Part shown: positions 52,911 through 64,000 of the stretch, in pieces
Numbering within the stretch: the stretch's first letter is position 1
Layout: every line of letters begins with the position of its first letter
Assembly (NCBI RefSeq): GCF_018977255.1
Contig: NW_024704743.1
Coordinates: 112,222,001 to 112,286,000, forward strand
Length of the DNA stretch: 64,000 nucleotides
From: Callorhinchus milii
Lineage: Eukaryota
Reading direction: 5' to 3'
Position numbers and translations under genes: made by a program
Notes under the pieces: model-generated
Told to the model about the DNA's origin: nothing
What the model saw: the letters and a program-made list of their open reading frames with translations, nothing else
The model's database searches: none

Positions 52911-53999
52911 TGGTGGTGTGAGACGTTTGCCTATGGACACATGTGCTGTTCCATTCTTTGAACCAATTTTAGTACTGTCTCGTTAAGAAAAAATGCAGCC
53001 AGCACTTTTTGTACAGGTTTATGTTATTTATCCAAATGTGTGATCCTTTCAAAATAGACTTTCTTGGAGTACACCCAGGAAGGATGATACCTTTGATAAA
53101 TTGCAGGAAGCACAAACTGACATCGAAAAGCCTTTGCACAAAAATCAAAAGGAAACCCTGGGGAAACAGGTAGATATTGCAGAGTAATAATTACTTAGAT
53201 TTGACAACCTCTGGTTTCAAACTTTAACCCAAGGTCAGAGATGAGGTAAGTAACCCAAATTGGGTTACTCTACGACCTACCAGACTTGCTAGCCTTCATC
53301 ACGTATAGCCTTCAACCAAGCACTAATGAGCTCAACTCCCTTTTTAATATAAATTCACTTTGGCAAATGCTTTTCGGCCTCAGTAGCTACAGGTCGCTAT
53401 GGGAACGAATTGGTTCCTGATTGAGAACAATTCTGCTCACCAGTTTATTCAATTTCATCGGTTCGCTAACAATAGCGAACTGAGCTGATTATCTCCCTCT
53501 GTGTTGCTGTGATGCTCAATATCTTTGAGTTGCAAATTTTAAACAACATCAGAGAAGCTGACGGGAGTCTGGGACGATGGAAGACATTGGGCATTGAAGA
53601 CACCGCTGTCCTTCGTTAAGTTAATATTGTTATAATATGTGTTTTTTATTGATTTTCAGATTCATCTTTCAACCAAGGTGAACTTCTAGATTGCGTGGAG
53701 AGATTTGCAGGAGCTGCAATATTCAGAGCTCATTGTCACATTAAACTGTATTGAATATTCGCTGTCTTTAAATTTGCTGTGAACTGTCAGAGTCCCGCAA
53801 AAAAAATTAACTGTCTCCTTTTTTTGATATAACTTGTTTCAGTAAATCAACCATTTACCGCTTTTTTTTAAATTTTCAATTATGTTTTACATCTTCATTC
53901 GCTGCTAAAGAAATAAATTACACAAAGTTACGTTCATCTTAGGTATCAGATAAACATATCAATAGGTGCTATTCAGAATTTGTATTATGCCTCGTACTT

Positions 54000-54396
54000 C
54001 ATAATAGCTCTTGCATTTAGTTTAGTGCCTTATCTTGGCATCAAACGATTTCAAAGTGTTTTGGAGGATTTACTGTGAAGTGGATTGACTATTTGTGGGT
54101 GAACACAGCAGTCAATTTGCGTAGCAACGACCCACAAACATCCAAGTGGCAAATGATAAAATTTATCTGGGAGATTGTTGGACAAGCCATTGGGAGAAAC
54201 TCCTTTTGCTTCATAAATAGTGCCATGGAATTTTTAATATCCACCCGAACAGGCAAATGGGACCTCGGTTTAACATCTCATCCAAACCACCGCACCTCCA
54301 ACAATGCAACGCTCCCCCAGCATTGGACTGGAGTACAACTTAGACTGTGCATTCAAGATTCTAATGTAGGTCTAGAACCAACAACTAAAGGCTGAC
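54000..54396 (-). mobile_element. Deu SINE
   Basis: ataatagctcttgcattt...ggagaaactcc...agtgccatgg...gacctcggtttaacatctcatcc...aggctgaca. Confidence 0.82.
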
Positions 54397-55374
54397 AGCT
54401 TTATTGTTTTTCTTGTAAACTAACACCACTTGTCAATGCTTTTTGCAGAAATACTTCATTTGGATGGTGAAACAATGCTGCAATAGATTAGAGAGGTAGT
54501 CTCTCTAAGTAGCAAGAGTAGCAAGCAATGGTTGGATGTATGTTTATTACAAAACTCCACCAAGTTCCTACTGTCAACTGTATTATTGTTAGACAGGGAC
54601 AATGGGAGAGTTATATTTGAGCTAATCTCTGACACAGCCGGTATTTAAGCTTAATCGCGATAAATGCAAGGTACCACATATAAGATGCAAAAGTACGAGA
54701 CAAACGTAGACTTGCTGTCCCCGGACACTATAAGCAGGTGTTCTCTCTAAGACAGAGCATACTCTGTATGGTCTGTGGTAGAAGCGGGCACACTTTAGGC
54801 TAAGAAAGACGCTTGGACCAGATCGCCTGCTGCATTTCTAACTCATTGTTATTTACAAGCTTAGGCGAAAGGCCAATTTCATAGCGAGCATTGCAGCCAA
54901 CACATCACAAGAGAAAAATCCCTCTTGCAGCTTAGTGCACTGACTCTAATGAAGGGCACTTGTCCCATTCTAACCATGCATCATCAAAGCCATAGCGCTT
55001 AGCAGCAAGAGGAATTTCACGCCCCATAGCTCCAAAATCCCTCAATCCACAGAAGTTAAAAACTTCTGTGCTGAGAACTTGGCAACGGCAAAGCAATCTA
55101 ACTTTAGCTGCAATTCTCTTAGTCATAGTCCATGACTGCACTCAGACTGCAGATTCTGTCATCAATCTCCATCTACAGTGACCAGAGATACTATAAATGC
55201 CTTCACTTGCTCGTTCTAAAATTGCACACCTTGGATTCACTTACAGAGCAGCTTTTCGGAGGGGGTAACTTAAAAAAAAATGAAAATAATTTAGATTGAA
55301 TAGAAATAAAAATAACAGAATGTAAGGTAAGAGGTAATTCAAAGGGCAAGAAGACGAAAATACAGCAGGCCAGC

Positions 55375-55413
55375 TGTAAATTACTGTTACTCAAGGAGTA
55401 ACAGTAATTTACA
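55375..55413. repeat. Perfect 18-bp inverted repeat with 3-nt spacer
   Basis: tgtaaattactgttactc-aag-gagtaacagtaatttaca. Confidence 0.95.
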
Positions 55414-55597
55414 ACAGGAAATCTAACCATTTACAGCAAATGCATAAAAAGTATTGGTCAGCAATCTTTACATGCAACTTTTCGCTCACAAATTATACAG
55501 TCAATCACTTTACATTATATTCAGTGAAGCGCTTTGAGACGTCTCAACAACATGTTAAGGCGCTATATCAAATGCAAGGATTATTATTTTTATTATC

Positions 55598-55830
55598 GTA
55601 GATCTAATAGGGAGTTTAGGAGGAATTTCTTCATGCGAGGGGTGATAAGAGTTTCAAACTCACTGCCTTAAGTTGTGGTTGAAATAAAAAAACATCAATG
55701 AGTTTAAAAGGAAACGTGATAATCTATTCTAAATGGAGAAGAGAGATTAAGGGTTTTGGCGAGGGGAATAGGAGGGATGGGGTTGAGTCCAGTTGGACTG
55801 AATGACTCACTCAAACTTGCTGTGTATCCC
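55598..55830 (+). mobile_element. CR1 3' end
   Basis: tttaggaggaatttcttcatgcgaggg...aactcactgcc...gtggttga...tttaaaaggaaac...gattaagggtt...ggactgaatgactc. Confidence 0.72.
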
Positions 55831-56063
55831 CAAGGCCCTGCCTCAATCTCTCTACCTCACCCCTATGTATCTATATTTAATTCCCAATTTAAGACCGCTC
55901 CCGTGGTCACCTTCTACTCCTCCTTCTCCCTTGTTCGGCTTCCAACCCCTCTACTGTGCAGCGTTTGAAGACACTAACCTGCATGAAGAGCGGGAAATAA
56001 TTTTTTGTTGTTCATTGTTGTGTAATTCTATGAACCTCCAGGCCAGCAGTGCCCGCAGGATAA

Positions 56064-56380
56064 TGTGGAGTCCTGTAGCTCAGTGGTTAGAGCACTCGCT
56101 TTGCAAGCGAGAGACCTGAGTTCAATTCCAAGCAGAGGGCGAAACCTTGGGCAAGTTTCCTTACTCCACACGCCTAATAATAATCCCTCCAAAAACAATA
56201 ATAAATTGGTCATTTTCAATCTACGACTGTTTGTGGGACATTGCTGTACGCAATTGGCTGCCGCGTTCGCCCACAAATATACAGTCAATTCACTTTACAG
56301 TGTGTTCTGTGAAGCGCTTTGGGACGTCCTCCCAACGTGAAAAGTGCAATATCAAATGCAAGGATTATTATTATTATTAT
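56064..56380 (+). mobile_element. Full-length young tRNA-Ala-derived SINE (SINE2 class, L2-type tail)
   Basis: Head tgtggagtcctgTAGCTCAGTGGttagagcactcgc-tttgcaa-gcgag (A box; anticodon stem-loop with TGC), B-box-like gagttcaattcc, body shared with other copies, tail atcaaatgcaagga(tta)n. Confidence 0.93.
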
Positions 56381-57167
56381 AAAATTCATATTTAATTTAG
56401 CAACAGTGAATTACCACAGCATGTTTAATTTGTGGGATGAGCTGTGGGTTTTTCAGACGTGGATAAATAATGCGCTTTCATTGTTTTATTCAGTTTTTCC
56501 ATATATACTGTATATAAAATAGATCTGTTAATTCACCATTATTGCAGAATAAATGTATTACATAAAGAAACCTATCTAAGATCATCTTGTATGGGAAGGA
56601 GGACAACTGTATTTAAGAAAAAGTATATTCAAAAAAATATGGTAACTGTATTTAACTCCATTAAAATTAGGGCAATTGTATTAAAAAAAAACAAGGGGAG
56701 CGTTGGTTGGATTAAGTTATACATATACAATGTACCAAACACGATGTTTAGGCCTTAGAGAGAAGAACAATTTATTTGTCAATACTGATGTGCATCTTTA
56801 TTTCAGTATCTATCTCAGTATGTTAACTTAACTTTCCCTTGGCTGAGCATGTCCTTCTGCTGGTAGTCATTTAAACTAAAATAATCCCCTTTGGGTACGC
56901 TAAACTAATTATTCAAGATTAAAGATACGTGGAAAGTTTTCATCTCTCACTGAATCTGTCAAGTCCAAATATAATTGTATTGAAAGATAGTAAATTTCAA
57001 TACTTTGTTGGCACCGCCAACACGTATTCACTTTCTATTGCTGATGTGGTCTTTTTTTCACCATTGCTGAGCCAATTGAAATGTCACTGCTGTTTATTTT
57101 TAATCTGATTTTTAAGTAGTGCATGCTCACATCTATATATCACATATTTTATACATATATATACACC

Positions 57168-57712
57168 CAACAACTTGTATTTATATAGTGCCCTTCACGC
57201 AGGATGGAGTCTCGGAGCGCTTGACAGTGGCAGAGTCTGACACCAAGCCAGAGGGGAGGTGACCGGAAGCACAACCAAAAAGGAACGATTTTAGGTGGGA
57301 TTTGAAGGTGGAGAGGGAGGGGGCAAGGCGGAGGGATTGAGGGAGAGAGTTCCAAGATTTTGGGACGCAGTGGCTGAAGGCCACTCAGGGTGGTGCAGAG
57401 GGGACGAGGGACAAACGAGAGACCGGAGCCAGCCAAACAGAGGCAGCAGGTGGCGGAGTAGGTTGGATAGGTAGGGAGGTGCGAGGGCATGAAGGAATTT
57501 GAAAACGAGTGAGAAGATCTTGAAATCGATCCGTTCGGTAATTGGGAGCCAGTGAAGCCTGGTAAGGACTGGTGTGATGGGGGTAGAGTTTTGTGCAGGT
57601 GAGTATCCACTCGGCAGCATTTTGGATTAATTTAATTTTGTGTATGGTGGAGCTGAGCATTGGAGTAGTCCAGTCGGGAAGTGACAAATGACGAGGGTTT
57701 CAGCTGTGTTGG
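57168..57712 (-). mobile_element. L2 LINE 3' fragment, frameshifted ORF2 C-terminus
   Basis: Successive minus frames: KLIQNAAEWILT, ITPVLTRLHWLPITERIDFKIFSLVFKFLHALAPPYLSNLL, AFSHCVPKSWNSLPQSLRLAPSLSTFKSHLKSFLF; tail ataaatacaagttgttg. Confidence 0.93.
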
Positions 57713-57742
57713 TTTATACACACAAATATATATATATATATA

Positions 57743-58295
57743 TCTTCTTCTATCTATCTTCTTCTCATACTAATAAAATGATAATGTCTGTCTGCACTTC
57801 AAGAAGGATCTCAATAAGCGATTGATGTAGAGACATGATTTATACCTCATCAGAAAAGTATTCCTCTGGGAGTGACATGGGCATATTTGATTTTGGGTAA
57901 CTCCTATCGGTCATGCGTTATTTTCAGTTTTACGTTTTTTGTTGCAGTTACACCTGGTGGCCACAGAGTCAAAGTGTCTCTGTGGTATCGTGTGTCACAG
58001 AACATCTACGTATGTACGCGTACACTGCAGTTACACGAGGTGGCCGCACCGGCATCATGGCATCATGCGTCACAGAGCTCACACGTAGCCAAGTGGCGAG
58101 AACAAAATAAAGAATACAGACGAAGCTAAGTTGTGGCAACAACAACAACAAAATTACATTTTTAAAGCTCTGAGTCCTCTCAAAAAGAGTCCTCCCAGAT
58201 GATTATAGATAAAGATGAAATGTCTGACTGTGTGTCAATCTACATTCCATATCGGATCCTTTGATTGCAAACGAAGCTGCAACGGGTACAGCTAG
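57743..58295 (+). mobile_element. Probable non-autonomous Helitron
   Basis: 5' a|TC...tactaataaaatgataatgtctgtctg; 3' imperfect hairpin ttgca-aacgaagc-tgcaa, then cgggtacagCTAG|t; CpG-rich interior; inserted in (TA)n. Confidence 0.75.
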
Positions 58296-59944
58296 TCTAT
58301 ATATATATATATAAAAACACATATAAGCATGCACATGCAGTATGTTATATGCTTATAATCCTTACATTTGATATAGTGCCTCAGCCTATTGGCCAAATAT
58401 ATCAAAGCACTTTGTCAGAATTGTTGTAAAGTGTAGTGACTGTGTAGTTGTCAGCGTAAATGGGAATTCACGCACATCCATGTATCTGGAGTAGACATAA
58501 GTATAGACATATCCAGGCAGATCACAAAATTTATTGAGATAAAGAAGGCCCTATTGGTCCATCTGATTTCAGAATACCCACCCTGCTGTTCTCCCATCAC
58601 AGCAGTAAGCTGTGCTTTTTTTCTTTAACAAGTCCAGTGTCCTGGCCTCAAACCCCTCCTGACAAAGTGAAAATGTTTATACGTGTTCATACTAGACCAG
58701 ATTCAGATATTTAACATACTGTAGTAAATTTGTACTGACATATCCATGTATTAACACCTAAAAGCAAACATTCCTTATAAATACAATACAAACATATATA
58801 TAGAAATAAACAGCACACATACAAGGACACAGATTTATCTATCAGACACAAATAAATATAAGTACATCTATGCCGCTAGCTGGAGTCAGTACAGTAATTC
58901 AAATTGTCCCTTTCAGAGAAACAAAAGACAAATTACAATGCCTGACTCTGCATTCATTTGATCACATTGATGGGACTAGGTGAAACATTCAACGCAAACT
59001 CTTAATTTCCTGAAAATGATTGCTACGGTTCCATCTTGACAGAATTTAAACTCATGACAGCATAATGGTAACCTTTCAGTGCAAGACTGAGGAGATCTTT
59101 AATATTTATATTGTGCAAAAGACTTCAGTAAAATCTTCCGCTGAATTCATACATGCAAAATTATATAATATATAGAGAAATGTTATTTCCTGGTAATCCA
59201 CTGCAGATTAAACACCAGTAATGTTGCTGTAGTTATGCCACAAATTTAATCTTTCAGTAAGGACATTATCATGCATCAACTGAATAAAGTGCCTCAGGAC
59301 ATCGTTATCACTCACAACACCCCTACACTAGGGGAGGGGAAGGGGGGGAATCTCAGGTTAGTCTTAATTTTTATGGTTGAAGATAACATTGCTACATATT
59401 TTATAAGGAGATAATGGATGTACACGAGCGATTGTAATGAAAGCCATACTTCTCCAGCTTTGTGACATCATTTGAACCCGAGTGAGATTGATCGCAAGCA
59501 AACAATCCATTAAAATGAATTTGCCCTGCCCTGTGATGCATGTGCCCGCAAGATCTGCATCATCATGTCACCAAGAGCGTCTCTGTTTATATTGCGCTAC
59601 AGTTGAAAAAAAACAATATCCAAACTAGTTGGAGGAATTTCTTTTTGCTGGTGGGCAGGCGGGGTGGGGGAAGCAGGGGGGAAGAATGCTGTTTTGGTGA
59701 CTAAAATGGAATTAAAGCCATCAGAAAATGTGAGTGATGTTTCTTCTGTGACAAGCTTGATGATGGTGAAAATGGTGCTGAGGAAACAAAAATGTTCACA
59801 ATGCACTGGGACACTATGAGCATGTAGAGGTGCACGTAGATACACAAATACTCACACACTGACTTTCCTCCTCGAGTGTGGTCTCTTTGGATCTGAACTG
59901 GCTCCAAGTGCTTGGAAGCCAAATGCTAGGATCGAATCAAACCA

Positions 59945-60320
59945 CTATGGTGATCTCTGCAGTCCAGTACTTGAGCCAGGCGGGTACACAATACTGCACT
60001 GCTGATGTCAAGACAGCCAGCCTGGCTCACCAGCAGGACTTGCGAGCAGCAGACCATTTACTGGGAACAGGAATTCTTCCCACTCAGTTCCTGTTAACCA
60101 TGCAAGCCAAAACCCAGACAGGTGGGTTGATCCTTGCTGAACAAAGGTTTTAGCCAGTTAAACTCCAGCCGTATCCAATGCTGGGATTTCCTGGGAAGGC
60201 TTGGCTCTTCCTGGCACGTGCCAAACTCTCTCCAGAATTATGGAAGCAGGATGCATTCCATCAGAGAGAAAGAGCATGCATTCCATTCCTAAACACTGGA
60301 AATTGCGCATGTAGGTAAGA
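59945..60320 (-). repeat. Unclassified repeat, copy 4
   Basis: cctgttaaccatgcaagccaa, ttggctcttcc, aagcaggatgcattcc, ttccattcc...gtagg match the reverse complement of 3430-3790. Confidence 0.72.
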
Positions 60321-60410
60321 TGCATGAAACTGTTTGCTTTGGATGCTCCTAAACACTGTGATGGGTTTCCACATGTATCAGACATCTGGCTGACCAAAAC
60401 AAAATGCACC

Positions 60411-60440
60411 AGCACATACACGCACACACACACACACACA
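60411..60440. repeat. (CA)n microsatellite
   Basis: Seen directly. Confidence 0.85.
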
Positions 60441-60949
60441 TCAAACACATTCAAAAACAAAATTGACTACTTTGTACACAAATAATTTAATTTTAGATTG
60501 TGCTCTACTCTTAGGGTGCTGCTTGAGTCTTGCCCTTGCAACAAAGTGAAGCCAATTTATTTTCTTATTTTGTTTACCATGGGGTCTAATTTGCAACATC
60601 TTCCCTTCAAGACATCATCCCTCGAGATATTAGCCCACATAAAAAACTATAAAAGTACAAGCTTTGGTTTTTGACATAGTTGCTGGTTTCAAACCAGACC
60701 AGTCGTGTTAAATCATAACTTCTGGTTTACAAATATCATGTGAAATTCCTAGCCAGAAAATCCCAAATCAGCAAAGTTTGGAAAAAAGCCTGGCAAGTAA
60801 AAAGGGATTTTTAATATTGCATGCATTAATAGTTAAGAAAAATTCATTTTTGCATAACAGTTGATCAAGTCAAAACATCTCAAAGCATTGTATAGAAATT
60901 ATCATCCAGTATAGTGATTGTTTTTATAAGAAAACATGGAATCTGTTTG

Positions 60950-61340
60950 GCACACAGACAACTATTAGATGAATGACCAATTTGTTTTGGAGGGTTGTTG
61001 GTCAGAATAGCAGGACAAACTCCATTCCCCTTTTGAATCGTATATTGATTCTGTGCTATGCAATTAGCTGCCACGTTGCATCCACAAAATACACAATCAC
61101 TGCTCTTTACAGTATATTCTGTGAAGGACTTTGACAAGTCTCAACAACGTGATAATGTGCTATATTAAATGAAAGGATATTATTATTATTGAGATATTGA
61201 ACATCCACCTGAACAGGCAGATGAAGCAATTGTAGCACTGTCAGAACTGCACTGGTACTTATAAACTCAAGTTTCGATGAAGGAGCTCGAACTGACAACC
61301 TCAGGACCCAGAGATGGTAGTGCCAGCTACTGAGCCAACT
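60950..61340. mobile_element. Minus-strand Deu SINE pieces around a plus-strand SINE tail (~61050-61190)
   Basis: gaatgaccaatttgttttggagggttgttgg; caattagctgccacgttgcatccacaaaatacac; acatccacctgaacaggcaga...tactgagcc. Confidence 0.7.
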
Positions 61341-61765
61341 TACAATGACAGAGCAAATGGGTAATCTTTGAAGCTGAATATCCACTGGAATGATTACACA
61401 AAAATATGCTTTGTGGCCAAATGGGTAACATTCCTGTTTTATGGACCCAATTGAACTAATTATTATTATTAACAGAGTCTGTCTCAGGATACGTTTTAAT
61501 TACCAAGAATGTGCCACAAAGTGCAATTCTGCTCTTTATTGCAATATAAAATGCCACAGGAATTTCTGGCCTCACTTGCAGGGATTTGTTCTTGTATTGC
61601 ACTGGCCAGCATTTTGTTACTTGTTTTTACACTAGCTGAATTTGCATTCTCAGCCTGCAGAACCATTCTATTTTAAGATTTAAGTAGGGGGGCAAAACCC
61701 TTAAATCTAGTGTTACATTGAAGCTGGGTTCCTTTTAAGAAGGAACGTGACATCACAAGGATGTG

Positions 61766-62130
61766 AGTCAGCCTGGTTCAGTTGGTAGCACTCTGGCCTG
61801 AGTCAGAAGGAATTGGAACTCACATAATCTAGGCCTGACACTCTTTTGCAGTGCTGGGGATGTGCTGAATTGTTGTTCTTTGGATGAGATATTAAATCAA
61901 GGCCCTGTCTACTTGTTCAAATAGACGGTAAACATTCCTCGGCACTACTTGAAAAGCGGAGGGAGTTTCTCCTGGTGTCCTGGCCAATAATTATCAAATA
62001 AAAAATGGTCATTCATCTCATGGCTGTTTGTTGGCATTACAACTTTGGGACATTCTCCAGTCACAATAAATTAAAAGTCACAATATCAAGTGTAAGAATT
62101 ATAATTAAGTATTAATATTATTATTATTAC
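61766..62130 (+). mobile_element. Deu SINE
   Basis: gtcagcctggttcagttggtagcactctggcctgagtcagaagg...gtttctcctggtgtcctggccaat. Confidence 0.84.
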
Positions 62131-62298
62131 TGCAAGAACTGTGGAAAAACAGCTTCCAAATTAAGGCTGAACTGAAGAATTTTGCTGAAGAATCTTAAAA
62201 TGTTTTAAAGAAAAATTAACTGTAATATTTTGAAAAATCATGAAAATCTCATAAGATTGGGACACTGACAGAATTACTGAGAAAGAAACTGCAAAAAA

Positions 62299-63011
62299 CA
62301 GGGGTTCCCAAACTTTCTGGTCTCAACATCATAGAGAAGTTTGACTGAGGACCACTACACAAAAAATCCATAGAAATGGAGAACCTTAGTTCAATTGAAA
62401 ATAACATTTTAAAATATTGAAAGAAAATGGATAAAAAGAAATGCTTACAATGTTAAAATAGATATCACACAAACTCTGGGTTCTGCATGTCCAATGAGTA
62501 AGGCTTAACCTCACTTCATCCACCATTGGCACCAACTGACCCGATTGATTAGATTTCAGCGAGTAACAGATGGCTTCCACAGCTTTGGATTGATCCACAG
62601 GTAGCTATGGGGGCTGTGATATTATAATAATAATAATCCTTGAATTTGATATGGTGTCTTATCACTTCCTCAAGACATCTCAAAGAGCTTCACAGGAAGT
62701 ACTGCAAAGTGAATTGACTTGTGTATTTTGTGGGCAAAACGCAGCAGCCATTTACACACAACAATGTCCCACAAACAGTCGTGTACTCAGCGAAGCTCAG
62801 CCAATATCTGGAATTGAACCCGTGAATTTCTGTTCTGTACAACTCAGATGCCATCTACTTGGCCATCAGAAAGTCTGGACCCATCACAGTTCTTCCTCAC
62901 TGATTGGTGCACGGGCTTGAGCTCCCAGCGCCGATTTGTTCCAGTTGCCCCAACCCACTCCTCACCACTCCATCCCTTAGGTGTCTGCTGACCCCACTTT
63001 GGGAACCAATG
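62299..63011. mobile_element. hAT/Charlie-like termini (one element or two remnants)
   Basis: caggggttcccaaact at 62299 and actttgggaaccaatg ending 63011; the 8-bp flanks do not match. Confidence 0.4.
62624..62830 (-). mobile_element. SINE fragment (tail plus head remnant)
   Basis: ataataatccttgaatttgatatgg...gtcccacaaacagtcg...ggaattgaaccc. Confidence 0.72.
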
Positions 63012-64000
63012 CTCTAAAGTATCTTGCATTAAAATTGTGCCATATTAAACTTAAACTGCTACAATTGCAAAATAAGGGTTTTCCAAGAACTCCCCTCAAA
63101 CCACTGGAACTGCAGTCCGGAAGTGAATCCCCTCAGAACAGAAATGCTGTGGAGCAGATGGAGTGCTTCTGCTCATTGGAAGGACTCCCCATTTGCGTGA
63201 TTCCTTATTAAAGAATTCAGTTAAAAAATGCCACAAATCAGACCACCAACATCACCCGCTCACCCTCAAACAGTTTGCACACTTGAATTAATCTCTTATC
63301 AGTTTAATTATTTCAAGCTTAAAAAGAATTTTACGCCTCTTTTCTGCCTCAGGTATCTGTAGCTCGAACTGAAAAAAGGCATCATACCGTCCACTTCCTG
63401 CTTTAATCAAGGTCTTGCTAACCTGATAGCTGAAGGTTCTGCTTCAGTGAATTTTCAGAAGGTTACTGATACCATACCAGTGTAAGGAACTACCAATCTC
63501 AGATTGAAGTTGTGAGGGATATTAAGGAAGAATTGCAAAGAGTGACACATTTAATAGAGAAAGATTACACTGTGCTACATCTACTTAATTTGAATTGAAT
63601 AAATTTCACAACCACTTTATGAGTTGCTTTCCACAAATGATGTGGAAATTCACAGTGCTGCAGAGGAGTAGAGCTCTCATACTTCAATGAGAAGTATTTC
63701 AATGCTATTCTTTGACTATACTTCCAAAAAACAATAATATGAAAAGCAAGCCCCCTGCACTTTATAAATAGGAATTTAGAAAGTGGAAAGAACAGAATGC
63801 TAATTCTACACCAAGATAAATCACGAAGAAACAAAGGATGGATCCAATGTGATGAGACTTCCTGATGTGACTGAATTCCTTTAGGACTATTAGTGCATTA
63901 GCCTGGATATGCTCTCAATCCTTCAATGGAAATTTAGTTGATATTTCTGAGATGCCACCAAAATTGTAAGTAAATGCATGTGGGAAAAAAAGCAAAGTTT

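Noticed and set aside
56067..56135. tRNA-Ala gene
   Set aside because: No proper acceptor stem or Pol III terminator, and it runs into the SINE body; the same applies at 43216, 13830-13895 and 13461.
56028..56395. Recurring ORFs such as WDIAVRNWLPRSPTNIQSIHF as a protein family
   Set aside because: They are chance reading frames of the same SINE at 13488, 37093, 43294 and 56147.
57149..57687. Longest ORFs (153, 109, 100 aa) as a host gene
   Set aside because: Frameshifted L2 ORF2 remnant.
58984..58995. miR-181a-like aacattcaacgc
   Set aside because: Only 12 nt match and no precursor hairpin.
1..64000. CRISPR array or prokaryote-type system
   Set aside because: No regularly spaced repeats and no long ORFs; the repeats are eukaryotic retroposons.

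Overview
This is AT-rich vertebrate non-coding DNA, intergenic or deep intronic. The repeat content points to a cartilaginous fish, possibly a chimaera such as Callorhinchus (inference from SacSINE1/Deu-type SINEs, a young tRNA-Ala SINE, and L2 and CR1 remnants). I find no confident host protein-coding exon, tRNA gene, miRNA or CRISPR. The ORF track consists of chance ORFs, SINE reading frames and degenerate LINE fragments. Supported content: three full-length young tRNA-Ala SINEs, many older Deu-domain SINEs and tails, L2/CR1 3' fragments, a probable non-autonomous Helitron, two palindromic MITEs, a Tigger-like MITE, a four-copy unclassified repeat and microsatellites. Two repeat-poor blocks (~29.5-32.6 kb and ~38.4-51.2 kb) look like regulatory, conserved-noncoding territory. 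I see no evidence for a new enzymatic system; the best leads are element architecture, hairpin clusters and candidate cis-elements. Boundaries of old repeats are by eye and approximate.
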